Positions 14,523-24,749 are shown, counted from the first letter of the stretch. The stretch: 62,494 bases of DNA from a virus (IMGVR_UViG_3300009151_000076:1-62494); one strand, 5' to 3'. The notes: generated from the letters alone by a model not told the origin. Translations and numbers: made by a program.

Positions 14523-14999
14523 TTATTTTTTCCAGCGTTTAAATCCAAGATCACGATGATACTTGTTAGCTTTATTATAGAATAAAACACCGTCGAGTTG
14601 ATCTACAGCGCCTTGAAATGCGCGGGCGGTTATACCCGTAAACGTATCGGTCCTTGTCTCTCCATTAGGTGTTTGAAACCTAACTTTGATCTTCATAGGT
14701 CTCTTTACTTTAATAAGAAGCTTTGGAAACGTTATTGAGCTCTCTTCAAGTAATACACTTTCGGTAGATACATCTACTATACGTGGGTTAAAGCAGACAA
14801 AGTTCTCAGGAGAACCGCGAAGGGCAAAGACGCGATGCGGTAAGCCGACTTGATTTCCGGTCAGTACTATGCCATTGTGTTCGTACATCAACTTAACCAT
14901 GTCTTTTGCCAGCTCTATTGGATCGATAAGAGGATTATCAAAGTCAAACTTCTCACACTCTTTTTTTAAGATAGGATCATCGCCATCAACTAATTTCAT
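14523..14999 (-). CDS. def: Peptide deformylase homologue with degenerate active site
   Basis: DPIL, NQVG, FNPRI and D.LDGVLF scaffold present. The three motifs read GIVLTGNQ, ESSIT and QGAVDQ, so the Cys and His ligands are absent. Confidence 0.8.
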   Translation of the reverse strand: MKLVDGDDPILKKECEKFDFDNPLIDPIELAKDMVKLMYEHNGIVLTGNQVGLPHRVFALRGSPENFVCFNPRIVDVSTESVLLEESSITFPKLLIKVKRPMKIKVRFQTPNGETRTDTFTGITARAFQGAVDQLDGVLFYNKANKYHRDLGFKRWKK

Positions 15000-15168
15000 C
15001 TGCTGGGTCCTTTGTGGTTAGAGTAACTCTCTTACTAGTATCATCGACCTCCCACCATAGAGCCGTACTATCTGTCCATCCCATAGTTTCTAAAAGATCT
15101 TCTGGCAACTCAATAAAAAGCTCACCGTTCTCATCTTCTTTTACAACCGTAAACCAATTTGTTTTCAT
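14986..15168 (-). CDS. Small AbrB/MazE-like protein
   Basis: GELFIELPEDLLETMGW..L.W pattern, 60 aa. Confidence 0.55.
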   Translation of the reverse strand: MKTNWFTVVKEDENGELFIELPEDLLETMGWTDSTALWWEVDDTSKRVTLTTKDPADEIS

Positions 15169-16874
15169 GTTATGATCCTACTAAAGTTTTGTGTTTTTTC
15201 AAACTTAATTGTATTCTCAAACTTGTCACCGATCTGATCTGACTTATGACTAATGATAAAGGTGTTGGTCCCAGCCGTCAGTTGATTTAGTATCTTTAAG
15301 AACTCTTCAATACCCGTAGAGTCAAGTGAACTATCAAATACTTCGTCCATTATGAGAATATTAGTATTAATAGAGTTACGAAGTTTAGCAACAGCTCTCC
15401 AAGTAAACAATATTGCAAGATTAATACGCATCTTCTCACCTTCACTAAAGGAAGCGTAGCTAAACTCATCCCTAAATCTTGACTTGATTGTTTCATTAAA
15501 TTCTTCATCGAGGTTGAACTGCACGACGAACTCGAGCGATGCTAAGTACTTATTGATAAGTTTATTGATTACTGGAATGTACTGCTTAATAATGATTGAC
15601 TTAATACCACCGTCTTTTAATAAAGATGACGCGGCCGTAAGAATAACTTTCTCGTCTTCTAGATCTTTTAAGTTATTTGTAGCTGTAGACAACTGCCCTT
15701 GCATATTAATCAGTACATTTTGATCTACACCAACAGTTTTAGTTTCTATTGATACTATATCTCCCTCTAGCTCGGCGATATAAGAGTTAAGAGATTCTAT
15801 TTTTGTTTTGATGCGATGACATTGAAAGTTCTTGTCATTGATGCTGGCGTGTACCTCTGATATATCAGATATCTTCTTACTTACTTTATTGTATTCTTCT
15901 TGCAGCTGAACCAAACCATCTTTAATATCACCTATCTTTGCCTGCTTAGTATCGATCGCCTCAGCTTTAAAAACAGTATTAATCTGCTGAGTGCATGTAG
16001 GACAGTTATCGTACTCGTGAAAGAACTTAACGTCTTTATTAAGGATGTCCAAGTTGGCTTCAATTCTTTGCTTTAAGGCACCAAGTTGGTTCATCTTCTT
16101 TGATATGGATGGCTCGTCAGCTATGGTATCTTGGAGCTCTTTAATCGATGTGGATATATCTTGGTAATCTTTATTGAGGCTATTAATACTTTGATTAGTT
16201 GTGGTGATGCGATCCATCTTCTCTTTAATCATAAAGTCGTTGGTGTTTTGCACCTGCTTTAAGTGCTCACTTATGATGCTCATCTTCTCGTTGATAAGTT
16301 TTTTCTCACTTTGAGCCTCAATGATTGCGTCTTTATTAATTACTACTTTATCTTTTAAAAGAGCGTTCATCGTAGTAAAGATTTGAAGGTCTAAAAGATC
16401 TTCAATGATCTCACGTCTTTGACCCATGGGAAGCTGCATAAAAGGTTGAAACGTTGCAGACCCAAGAACTACAACTTGAGAAAAAGACTTGTGATTGATC
16501 TTTAATATCTGCTTCTCAAGTATCTCTTGATAGTCTTTCATCTCTGCCGTTTGATTTATAAGGATATCGTTCTGATAAACTTCAAATATATTTGGCTTCA
16601 TACCACGAACAATCTTATAACTGTGTGGATGAATATCAAACTCTACTTCAACCACCGCATCTTTCTTGGTGATAGAGTTAACGAGTTGCGGCTTGTTAAC
16701 TTTTCTAAACGGCTTGCTAAAAAGTGCATACGATAGAGCGTCGAGAACAGTAGACTTTCCTGCACCGTTCTCGCCAACTATAAGTGTCGTGTTGCTCTTA
16801 TTAAGCTCTATCTCAGTAAATACGTTTCCAGTAGATAGAAAGTTTTTCCATCTAATCTTCTTAAAGATTATCAT
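15165..16874 (-). CDS. gp46: Recombination endonuclease ATPase subunit (Rad50-like)
   Basis: KNFLSTGN, GENGAGKS, CPTC hook, FSEGEKMR signature, MDEVFDSSLD. Confidence 0.97.
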   Translation of the reverse strand: MIIFKKIRWKNFLSTGNVFTEIELNKSNTTLIVGENGAGKSTVLDALSYALFSKPFRKVNKPQLVNSITKKDAVVEVEFDIHPHSYKIVRGMKPNIFEVYQNDILINQTAEMKDYQEILEKQILKINHKSFSQVVVLGSATFQPFMQLPMGQRREIIEDLLDLQIFTTMNALLKDKVVINKDAIIEAQSEKKLINEKMSIISEHLKQVQNTNDFMIKEKMDRITTTNQSINSLNKDYQDISTSIKELQDTIADEPSISKKMNQLGALKQRIEANLDILNKDVKFFHEYDNCPTCTQQINTVFKAEAIDTKQAKIGDIKDGLVQLQEEYNKVSKKISDISEVHASINDKNFQCHRIKTKIESLNSYIAELEGDIVSIETKTVGVDQNVLINMQGQLSTATNNLKDLEDEKVILTAASSLLKDGGIKSIIIKQYIPVINKLINKYLASLEFVVQFNLDEEFNETIKSRFRDEFSYASFSEGEKMRINLAILFTWRAVAKLRNSINTNILIMDEVFDSSLDSTGIEEFLKILNQLTAGTNTFIISHKSDQIGDKFENTIKFEKTQNFSRIIT

Positions 16875-17932
16875 GCTACGTTCAACGCCTCATTGTATAT
16901 GTCTATTATAGTAGATTCGAGTTTGGCTTTGTTCACGCCGGCTGAACTTATCTGATCGATATACTTTTTAAATATGTCGATGGTAGACTCGGCCTCATTA
17001 ATTATATTGTCGTCTGTCTCAAGATCTAGATTAAGATTATCTTCAACAATCTGTAAGTTTAGTAACCCATGGTGCTCAAGAAGCTCTATGTACTTATCAA
17101 ACATGTATGGGTTTGTTTTATTCTTAACAATAACTTTTATGATCTTTCCAGAATAATCTACATCACGGTCAAGGTCAACGACACCATTAGAGTCATCGTA
17201 CCATAACTTAAGAAACATCTTATATGGATTTTCGACGAATGTCAACTCTAGTGTGTCAGTATCCAGTATATGAAAGCCCCTAGGGTCATCATAATCAGAC
17301 CACGTGAACTCAGCATGGCTGCCAAGATAGCTAATATTACCGACGGTAGAACGATGATGATAGTGCCCACTGCATACAAGGTCAAAACGACCAAACAAAC
17401 TAGGATCGTCTCCATGAGTAGCCACACTGCCTCGAAACATCTCGAAGCCCTGTAGCTCCAGGTGTCCCATAACTGCTTTTGCTTTGGTTGTCCTGATCGC
17501 ATTTAATGTCTCCTCGCGATTCTCATCATTTATCCATGGAAGGAATAATACAACGGTTCCACCTAAAATTGCTATCTCGGACGGTTTGGTATATATCTCT
17601 ATGTTGTCATACTTGTCTGCGACCATCTCTTGCAGGGCGTTGACGCTGTTTGTATTCTTATAGAAAACATCGTGGTTGCCAACGATGATCTTCATGCTGA
17701 TATTGTTGTGCCATAGCTTCTCTAAGAAGTCTTCCCTGAGGCGCTTGGCAGTGAGAAAATTAATGTATTTGCGGCGATCAACCAAGTCGCCCAAATGCCA
17801 CACATCGCTGATCCCATCACGAAGTAGGGTAGGGAAGAATACATCATCGAGGAAACGCTTGGTGTTGTCGAGGAACGCTGTGCTGTCATTGCGGATTCCC
17901 CAGTGTGTGTCCGTTATCAGTGCTACCTTCAT
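16871..17932 (-). CDS. gp47: Recombination endonuclease nuclease subunit (Mre11-like)
   Basis: DTHWG, HLGD, GNHD and SGHYH phosphoesterase motifs; start MKVALITD. Confidence 0.96.
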   Translation of the reverse strand: MKVALITDTHWGIRNDSTAFLDNTKRFLDDVFFPTLLRDGISDVWHLGDLVDRRKYINFLTAKRLREDFLEKLWHNNISMKIIVGNHDVFYKNTNSVNALQEMVADKYDNIEIYTKPSEIAILGGTVVLFLPWINDENREETLNAIRTTKAKAVMGHLELQGFEMFRGSVATHGDDPSLFGRFDLVCSGHYHHRSTVGNISYLGSHAEFTWSDYDDPRGFHILDTDTLELTFVENPYKMFLKLWYDDSNGVVDLDRDVDYSGKIIKVIVKNKTNPYMFDKYIELLEHHGLLNLQIVEDNLNLDLETDDNIINEAESTIDIFKKYIDQISSAGVNKAKLESTIIDIYNEALNVA

Positions 17933-18446
17933 TAACCATCTCCAACTTCTTTTTCTTCTCAAGTTTAGCTGCTTCTATCTTATCTTCAAACGACCTGATC
18001 ACGTTGTCGGTGTGCTCGTTCGTGTTCATAACGGCGCCGTCCATGTGGTCCTCCATTAAGAACGTATTCTGATAGTTCTTGTGCTTGATATACGACTGCT
18101 TCTTCTCCATCGTGATCCTTCTAATAAACGCGTTCCAAGCAATCTGTGTAAAGTAAGCAAACGGGTTTATTGACTTGGCAGGATCAAAGTTATGAACGGC
18201 GGCAACACAGTTCTCTATACCATCTGATATCATGTCATCTCTATAAGAGTAGTTCATAAAGTTAGGCTTTGTAGAAAGTTTCTTACAAATTAGCATCAAG
18301 CACTCACCAACGTATCGTGGAATCTGAGGTTTCTTTCTTTGCTCCTCTTCAGCCAACTTACAAGCGTCTTTATACTTGACCATCTCTTCATACATGGTCT
18401 TGTTATTGACGTAGTGCTTCTTTGGCTTTGCTAATTTGACTGACAT
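17886..18446 (-). CDS. gp55: Late transcription sigma factor
   Basis: HYVNN, PNFMNYSYRDDMISDGIEN, NPFAYFTQIAWNAFIRRI..EKKQ. Confidence 0.96.
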   Translation of the reverse strand: MSVKLAKPKKHYVNNKTMYEEMVKYKDACKLAEEEQRKKPQIPRYVGECLMLICKKLSTKPNFMNYSYRDDMISDGIENCVAAVHNFDPAKSINPFAYFTQIAWNAFIRRITMEKKQSYIKHKNYQNTFLMEDHMDGAVMNTNEHTDNVIRSFEDKIEAAKLEKKKKLEMVNEGSTDNGHTLGNPQ

Positions 18447-18447
18447 G

Positions 18448-19890
18448 TTATACCTCTATTTTTACAGTATATGTTTTATACTTAAATTGCTCTCCAATAT
18501 AGATCTTAATTCTCTCTGCAAAGTGTTTAAGTGTTGTGTTCTGCTTCTTCTTCCAGGTGAGGTCATCGGCTATATCGTAAAGAGTAGCCATATCTTTATC
18601 CTCTGCAGTCCTTAGAGCTCTACCGATAGACTGTAGATTTCTAACACGTGACTTAGAAGGAGAACTAAAGATGATATTGTGAAGTTTCTTTATATTGACG
18701 CCTGTTGAGAACGTCCCATAGCTTGCAACTATAATACAGTTATCTTCTGTCTCTACTAACTTTCTGATCTCTTCACGATCTTGTCCATCAACGCTCCCGG
18801 CAACATAAAAAACTTTGCGACCTGTTTTTGAAAGATCATCATATAATACCTTACCATGTTTTTCAACATATTGAAACAACAAAAGTGTATTTCCTTTTAA
18901 AGATAAAGCTAAATTTTTAATGAACGTGTTCCTCGACGCACACTTAACAAGCCAGTCCATCTCGGTCTGATATTCAGCGTTGCTAAGTATCTGTCTTACA
19001 GTGTCAGGGTACTGTAGCAAGATAGCTTTTATTCGAAAATTTGATAGATGCTTGTTGTCGATAAGCTCGGCCGTCGTAGTTACTTTCTTTACCGGACCAA
19101 ATAGTCCCTCGAGTACAAATCTATGTGTCTTTGTACCGTCTAGAGTTCCTGTCAGCCCAAATCGATACTTGCAGTGTTCAAGCTTTGCCATAATAGACTG
19201 AAGAGACTTAGCCGTGAACAGATGCACCTCATCGCCGATCACTAAGTCATACTGTCCGAAGAAACTCTTGTCTAGCTTATAGACAGACTGCCATGTAGAT
19301 ATGGTCACCCACTTATCAGTCTGCTTGCTCTCACCGGCATAGATCTTATGAACATCCTCATCGGAATTAAATCCATACTCTTTAAAGTCTGTAGTCAGCT
19401 GACTGACCAATGACGTTGTCGGTACGATGATGAGAGTCTTTACGTTATAGTATCTCAGCAATAGATAGATTATGAGAGACTTGCCGGATCCAGTAGGCGA
19501 TAGCAGAATAGATCTACTATTTCTTACGGCGTGTGCAAACGCACTGAGCTGATAGTCTCTAGGCTCCATGGTAAGACCATAGTGCTTCGTATCTGCCTGC
19601 GCATCGACTATAGAGAAGTTCTTGGCGGCGAAGTCATCTAAGAACTCCAGCTCATACCCACGATCGCGACAGAACTTTTCTAGATAGATAGTTAACCCGC
19701 CATAAAGCTGACAAGCCATGTGATTAAACAACCTGATCTTTCCGTCCCACATCTTGTTTCGATACGCGGGCATGAACTTTGCTCCGGGAACATCGAAGGT
19801 AAAGTGCTCGCGCAGCTCATACGCTACCCCTGGATCGCATATGACTTTATTAAACGTCTCATTAATTCTCTTAAGTTGTATTGTTTCCAT
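18448..19890 (-). CDS. uvsW: DNA helicase UvsW
   Basis: WDGKIRLF, PTGSGKS, DEVH, GLTGT, QSIGR. Confidence 0.96.
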   Translation of the reverse strand: METIQLKRINETFNKVICDPGVAYELREHFTFDVPGAKFMPAYRNKMWDGKIRLFNHMACQLYGGLTIYLEKFCRDRGYELEFLDDFAAKNFSIVDAQADTKHYGLTMEPRDYQLSAFAHAVRNSRSILLSPTGSGKSLIIYLLLRYYNVKTLIIVPTTSLVSQLTTDFKEYGFNSDEDVHKIYAGESKQTDKWVTISTWQSVYKLDKSFFGQYDLVIGDEVHLFTAKSLQSIMAKLEHCKYRFGLTGTLDGTKTHRFVLEGLFGPVKKVTTTAELIDNKHLSNFRIKAILLQYPDTVRQILSNAEYQTEMDWLVKCASRNTFIKNLALSLKGNTLLLFQYVEKHGKVLYDDLSKTGRKVFYVAGSVDGQDREEIRKLVETEDNCIIVASYGTFSTGVNIKKLHNIIFSSPSKSRVRNLQSIGRALRTAEDKDMATLYDIADDLTWKKKQNTTLKHFAERIKIYIGEQFKYKTYTVKIEV

Positions 19891-20333
19891 CAGGCGCCTT
19901 GAATAAATTTATTCCAATCAATTGCATTCTTAATATGATAACCACGGTTTGACACGGTCTTAATAATATTCTCGAGTAGGTCTATCTTCTCGTTCTGATA
20001 CCCGATCTTAAGGTTAAGGTCTACTATATCTTTATCTGCGTCCATATACATCGGCAGGTCGGCCTTAAGTATCATACCGCGGGCGGGTAGAGTCCAGCCC
20101 TTCTCTTGGGTATCTTTGGTATGTCCTTGCGTGTAGAACTCATACTTATCTAACTTGAGTTGCTTTGAGTCGGCCTCGAGCTTCTTTAGTAGAAGTTTCT
20201 CTGAGGTGTAGATCTTGTAATATTTATGGTGTAGCTGAGGGATCTTTAGCGACTCGTTTGAAAGCTCAGTTCTATCTATCTGACTATCAACTTCCCAAAG
20301 TGCAAGTATGTTTTCGATGTTCAATGATCTCAT
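19890..20333 (-). CDS. uvsY: Recombination mediator UvsY
   Basis: DS.ID..L..ESLKIPQLHHKY..RGYHIKNAIDW.KF. Confidence 0.92.
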   Translation of the reverse strand: MRSLNIENILALWEVDSQIDRTELSNESLKIPQLHHKYYKIYTSEKLLLKKLEADSKQLKLDKYEFYTQGHTKDTQEKGWTLPARGMILKADLPMYMDADKDIVDLNLKIGYQNEKIDLLENIIKTVSNRGYHIKNAIDWNKFIQGA

Positions 20334-20365
20334 CCTAAACGTGATTATAATATAAACTATGTTTT

Positions 20366-20395
20366 ATAGTATCATGATCTTACTAAAAAGTAAAC
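20366..20395 (-). promoter_or_regulatory. Early promoter GTTTACT-N17-TACTAT with extended TG
   Basis: Same architecture as 14491-14520; upstream of uvsY. Confidence 0.6.
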
Positions 20396-20916
20396 TATAT
20401 TTTACTTAATTCATAGAACATATATTTAAATGCAACCGTACAGGTCATGTAGTTAACCGACTCATCTGTGGTCGAGAACTGAAGTGGACCTACCGATATA
20501 GGGATGCACTCTCTAAAGTTAACTTGATAGTTGGCAACTTTTGTACTGGCAGATATCAGTAAAGTTATATCAGACCTAATGCCCTTACCCGATGTTATTG
20601 ACTTGGCTGCAATTACTTGGTATTGATTGAAGTCTGCAGGAAAACCTAGCTCGGTAATCCAGTTAAACACTTCTAAGTAGTTCTGTAAATCTTCATCAAC
20701 TTTAAAAGTTACGTTTAAGTCGCCAAAGTAGAGTCTGTCACCTGTCATTGGAATATTAGAGAACGGCGTAGGCTGTAGCGGGTTCTCAAAAGACACGCCA
20801 GGTAGGTTAATAGACTGTATAAAGAAGTTTACATGTGGTGCTCTCTGGAGCGAGAACTCAAAGTTTAGTGGACTAAGAAAGTTCTTATTGATCGGGGTAT
20901 TGTCAAGTGCTGACAT
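20395..20916 (-). CDS. gp3: Tail tube terminator / tail completion protein
   Basis: NFLSP..F..P.V.FF.Q..NLPG, F.VDEDLQNYLE..NW; lies between gp23 and uvsY. Confidence 0.88.
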   Translation of the reverse strand: MSALDNTPINKNFLSPLNFEFSLQRAPHVNFFIQSINLPGVSFENPLQPTPFSNIPMTGDRLYFGDLNVTFKVDEDLQNYLEVFNWITELGFPADFNQYQVIAAKSITSGKGIRSDITLLISASTKVANYQVNFRECIPISVGPLQFSTTDESVNYMTCTVAFKYMFYELSKI

Positions 20917-20965
20917 GTTTATCTCCAGATAGATTCATATCTATTTATGAAAGGGATATAACCCT

Positions 20966-20993
20966 ATTATATAAGGTATTCCAAGAATGTCAA
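20966..20993 (-). promoter_or_regulatory. Sigma70-like promoter TTGACA-N16-TATAAT
   Basis: Perfect hexamers immediately after the gp23 terminator. Confidence 0.55.
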
Positions 20994-20995
20994 AT

Positions 20996-21020
20996 AAAAA
21001 AGGCGACCCGAAGGCCGCCT
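20996..21020 (-). terminator. Rho-independent terminator after gp23
   Basis: AGGCGGCC-TTCG-GGTCGCCT followed by a T run. Confidence 0.9.
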
Positions 21021-21053
21021 AATTTATGTCTGGTTAACCCAGATCTTTTTAAA

Positions 21054-22454
21054 TCACATAAGGTTGTTGACGATAATACGACGATAGTACTTGTTCGTAT
21101 TAAAAGCAAGTTCGCCTGCACCCTTTGTAAGGCCCTCAGCGAATGGATTTGCAACCATTCCGTAACGAGTCTTGAAGCCGATCTTTGGCTGGAAGGTCGA
21201 CTGATCAACCGCACGAACCATCTGAAGAGGAACGTATGGGCAGTAGAACAGACCGGCATCGAATGCCGAAGAACCCTTATAACCAACGGTCAGGTAGTTT
21301 CCGCCGATCGCATAAGGATCGATGTAGACACGAAGGCGACCATTGAGGACACCAGCGAAGGTGTTACCCGTGTCGTCAACCTGAAGGTTGTTGCTGTTAA
21401 GAGCAGGCGTGTAGTCAAGAACACCAGCCATCTGAAGAGCCGAAGCAACGTCCGACGAGCAGATGACGATGTTACCCTTGCCGCGACGTGTCTGCTTGGC
21501 AATCTGGTTAGCTTCGCGTTCAAGCTGGAACATAAGACCCTTGAACTTCTCAACCGACCAACGACCGTTAGAATCGGTATCAAGATCGAACACACCGGCA
21601 GTCGTTGTGTTTTCCTGAGCGCCAGAAACAGCGGTGATGTTGATGGTACGAACGACTTCACGATTGATTTCCGCAAGGATTTCAGCCGAAAGAATGTTCG
21701 TCAACTCTGTCTCAGCGTCAAGACCGTGAATGGCCTTAAGATCCTGAGCAAGTTCCATCGTGTATTCAGCCTTGAGGGCGCGGGTCTTAGCAGTGACCGT
21801 AACCTTCTCGATGGTGAATGCCATCTGGTTGAAGTTGTTACCCGAGTCAACGCCGAGCGACTCAGCGAGAGACGTTGGGATAGCCGAACCCGTGTTGTAG
21901 GTAGCAGTGTTCACCATTGGGGTGGTGTTTGTCTGACCTGGGATCGTACCGAATGCACCCTGACCGAAGGTCGAGTTACCCGAAAGAGCGTTTGTGCCCG
22001 TCGAGAACGCTGTATTGACTTCGTTGTAGAATGTTTCGTTGTCCTGCATCTGGAGATTTGCATATCCGTTTGCGCCGGTCTGGTTAGCATAGCGCGAACG
22101 CATTGCGAAGATCAAACCAGTTGGGCCTGTCATTGGCTGAACGCCGCAGATGTCATAGGCAATAAGGTTAGGCATCGAACGACGAACGAGCGAGATCAAC
22201 ACTGGATCGAAGGTGTCAATACCACCAGCTCCAGCTGCCGAGCTCGATGTACCCATGAAGTTAACAGGGGTCGACGAAACGGTTTCGTTAAGAGTAGTAA
22301 AGGAACCATGGGCTCCCGATTCCATGAGAGCACGTTCTGTATTCTCGAGGACGACTGCAGTTACGGAACGGCGGGTCTGGTCTTGGATCTTAGGAAGATC
22401 CGCGTGCTCCAGAATGGGCTGCCATTTTCTTTGAATTTCCTCAGCTAGATACAT
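21054..22454 (-). CDS. gp23: Major capsid protein
   Basis: DPVLISLVRRSMPNLIAYDICGVQPMTGPTGLIFAMR, RALKAEYTMELAQDLKAIHGLDAE, FQPKIGFKTRYG. Confidence 0.99.
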   Translation of the reverse strand: MYLAEEIQRKWQPILEHADLPKIQDQTRRSVTAVVLENTERALMESGAHGSFTTLNETVSSTPVNFMGTSSSAAGAGGIDTFDPVLISLVRRSMPNLIAYDICGVQPMTGPTGLIFAMRSRYANQTGANGYANLQMQDNETFYNEVNTAFSTGTNALSGNSTFGQGAFGTIPGQTNTTPMVNTATYNTGSAIPTSLAESLGVDSGNNFNQMAFTIEKVTVTAKTRALKAEYTMELAQDLKAIHGLDAETELTNILSAEILAEINREVVRTINITAVSGAQENTTTAGVFDLDTDSNGRWSVEKFKGLMFQLEREANQIAKQTRRGKGNIVICSSDVASALQMAGVLDYTPALNSNNLQVDDTGNTFAGVLNGRLRVYIDPYAIGGNYLTVGYKGSSAFDAGLFYCPYVPLQMVRAVDQSTFQPKIGFKTRYGMVANPFAEGLTKGAGELAFNTNKYYRRIIVNNLM

Positions 22455-22486
22455 TAGTGTCTCCTTTTCTTATCTAGGACGTATTT

Positions 22487-22494
22487 TATTTATA
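22487..22494 (-). promoter_or_regulatory. Late promoter TATAAATA (gp23)
   Basis: Exact consensus. Confidence 0.8.
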
Positions 22495-22499
22495 TACTA

Positions 22500-24038
22500 T
22501 TACTTTTTAATTGATCTTGAGATAGCCTGAACGTACTTGTTGACCGATGGGTCAATGTGTACGGACTCGGTCAATGAGTTGCCTTCAAAAGTCTCTTCTT
22601 CAATGTTTGAAGAAGTGAAAGACTTCTTCTCAGTTCCGAAGTAGTTTTCTTTGATGACCGAGAGCTTTTTCTTGTAGGTGCTCAAGTCGCCGTCAAAGTC
22701 GATACCCTCGGAAAGGGCGGCGAACTTCTCTTGCTGCGATAAAGCCAAGCCCTCCATCATGGAGTCTAGAACATTATCTTTTTCTACCTCGACGAGGGCT
22801 TTCTTAAGCTCTACGTTTTCAGAGATTAGTGCATCTTGTCTGCTCTCGAGCTCTTCGACCTTCTCGGCCATTGTCTCGAGCACATCAACTTTGTCTTCTG
22901 GGATATCGATGTAGTGCTCTGTAAACAAACCCTTCATCCCATCGATGAAGTCAGTAACGAGTTCGTTGCGGAGGGTTGACTCAACAGCTACTTCGTTCTC
23001 GTTCATCCAGTTCTCAACGACGTAGTCAAGATAAGTATCAACTTTAGAGGTGACCTCCTCCGTGATATTTTCAATGGCTTCATTGAGATAGTTATCATAC
23101 TCTTCTTCAAGTCTTGCGACTTCGAGGTTGATGCGCGCACCGACAGCAGCCTCAAAGAGTGTAGTTGCTTTTTCTTTAAACTCTTCTGTAAGGTCTTCGC
23201 CGGCAAACATCTCTTCAACGTCTTCTTTAACGCCGAGCTTTGGCATCGGCATCTTTGTCTTAGGACCAATTCCGTTCGACATGTCGATCGTCGATGCGTT
23301 CTTTGCAGAGTTATCGCCAACGCCATAGGTCTTGCCTGGGCCGAACTGCGACATCGTATCGTTGAACCACTTAAGCAAGTCATCTTTGCCCATTCCGCTC
23401 ATTGTATTGGTTACGTGATTCATCACTTCCAATTTTGACTTTGGATTTTCAATGGCGCGTGCACCTGGATGAAGCGAGCTTGCGGCTGCAGTTTCTTCAT
23501 GAACGTACTCTTCTTCGTACGGCTCTGCCACTGCTTTTGGTCTTTCTTTCTTGCCGGCCTTGCGAGCAACATCTTTAGGAGAATCTTTTTCCCAGTCAGA
23601 TCCTTGAAAGTCCGTAACCGGTTTATCATTTAAGCGACGACCTGCAATAGCAATGGTGCTATCTTTGGCATTGCGCATTGTCTCGTGGTGCTGCTGACGA
23701 GCTTTATGGTGTGCTTCTTGTTTTCCAAGCTCTGCTATGCGAGCGGCGTGGGCTTCTTTGGACTCACCTTTTCTAGGACCTTTGGCCGTTTCTCTTTCTT
23801 TTTCGGCTTTGGTTTTCTGCCAAGCAGTCTGATGTGCTCTATACTTCTCATCGTGGAATGCTCTACGTGGGACGGCTCTTTGAGCAAGCAACTTACCGAT
23901 AACTTCTTTTGAAGGTGTTTCAATAAGCGTTGACTCGTCGATCATCTGGAGCAACTCAAGATCAGAAAGATCAAAGTAATCTTCTTCAGTTATATCAAGT
24001 GCCTCGAGGATATATTCTACTGTAATTTCGTTAGACAT
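22500..24038 (-). CDS. gp22: Prohead core scaffold protein with long N-terminal extension
   Basis: C-half LTEEFKEKATTLFEAAV..VDTYLDYVVENWM.EN..A; lies between gp21 and gp23. Confidence 0.9.
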   Translation of the reverse strand: MSNEITVEYILEALDITEEDYFDLSDLELLQMIDESTLIETPSKEVIGKLLAQRAVPRRAFHDEKYRAHQTAWQKTKAEKERETAKGPRKGESKEAHAARIAELGKQEAHHKARQQHHETMRNAKDSTIAIAGRRLNDKPVTDFQGSDWEKDSPKDVARKAGKKERPKAVAEPYEEEYVHEETAAASSLHPGARAIENPKSKLEVMNHVTNTMSGMGKDDLLKWFNDTMSQFGPGKTYGVGDNSAKNASTIDMSNGIGPKTKMPMPKLGVKEDVEEMFAGEDLTEEFKEKATTLFEAAVGARINLEVARLEEEYDNYLNEAIENITEEVTSKVDTYLDYVVENWMNENEVAVESTLRNELVTDFIDGMKGLFTEHYIDIPEDKVDVLETMAEKVEELESRQDALISENVELKKALVEVEKDNVLDSMMEGLALSQQEKFAALSEGIDFDGDLSTYKKKLSVIKENYFGTEKKSFTSSNIEEETFEGNSLTESVHIDPSVNKYVQAISRSIKK

Positions 24039-24065
24039 TTAAGGTCTCCTTCTAGAATTTATAAT

Positions 24066-24073
24066 TATTTATA
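24066..24073 (-). promoter_or_regulatory. Late promoter TATAAATA (gp22)
   Basis: Exact consensus. Confidence 0.8.
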
Positions 24074-24079
24074 ATAAAA

Positions 24080-24748
24080 TTATCTCTTAAACGCCAAAGA
24101 ATTCATGTAGTCTTCAAAGATGGCCATCTTGCTCTCTTCGAGACTTGACTTGCTCATCTTATGAATCATCTTCTTGGTGTTATCTAATTTCTCTTCGAGC
24201 CATGTATCTTTCACCGGATCATAGAGCCACTCAACATTCTCCATAATACCCTTAACATAAGCGTCTGGCGCAGATGGATCAGCAACTATGTCGGCTGCTG
24301 TAGCAAGACGAAAATCGTCCTGTACTTCCATGATGCCGTCTTTAGTAGGCTTCAACGATCCAAGACCACGAGAGGAGGCACCTAGACCAGCTCCAGACTT
24401 TATAAGGCCCTTGGCGATGTTACCCATAGGGGTGTCGGTAAGTCTTGCCTTGCCGATCCAGTTATCACCGTCTCTCTTGAGCTCAGTGATGATGTGCGAC
24501 ACGCGATCTAGGTTGATGCTCGGACCCTGTGGATGCCCAAGTTCACCATAACCACGATTATTCTTTACAACATCATTCATATATCTATCGACTTCTTTTT
24601 CCATTATATGTGAAGGATAGATACGTCCGTTACGGTTCTTCTTATTAGCTTGTAAAAAGATACCATGTATGTAGTGTTCTTTCTCGCCAGATTCTTTGAC
24701 TTCTGAAAGGTACTCAATGTTCTCGGATAGTTCTGTGATTAACTTCAT
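24080..24748 (-). CDS. gp21: Prohead protease
   Basis: MKLITE, NRNGRIY, GELGHP, SSRGLGS, DIVADPSAPDA. Confidence 0.97.
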   Translation of the reverse strand: MKLITELSENIEYLSEVKESGEKEHYIHGIFLQANKKNRNGRIYPSHIMEKEVDRYMNDVVKNNRGYGELGHPQGPSINLDRVSHIITELKRDGDNWIGKARLTDTPMGNIAKGLIKSGAGLGASSRGLGSLKPTKDGIMEVQDDFRLATAADIVADPSAPDAYVKGIMENVEWLYDPVKDTWLEEKLDNTKKMIHKMSKSSLEESKMAIFEDYMNSLAFKR

Positions 24749-24749
24749 C

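Noticed and set aside
20907-22448. 513-aa plus-strand ORF
   Set aside because: It is the antisense shadow of gp23, explained by that gene's biased codons. No recognisable motifs.
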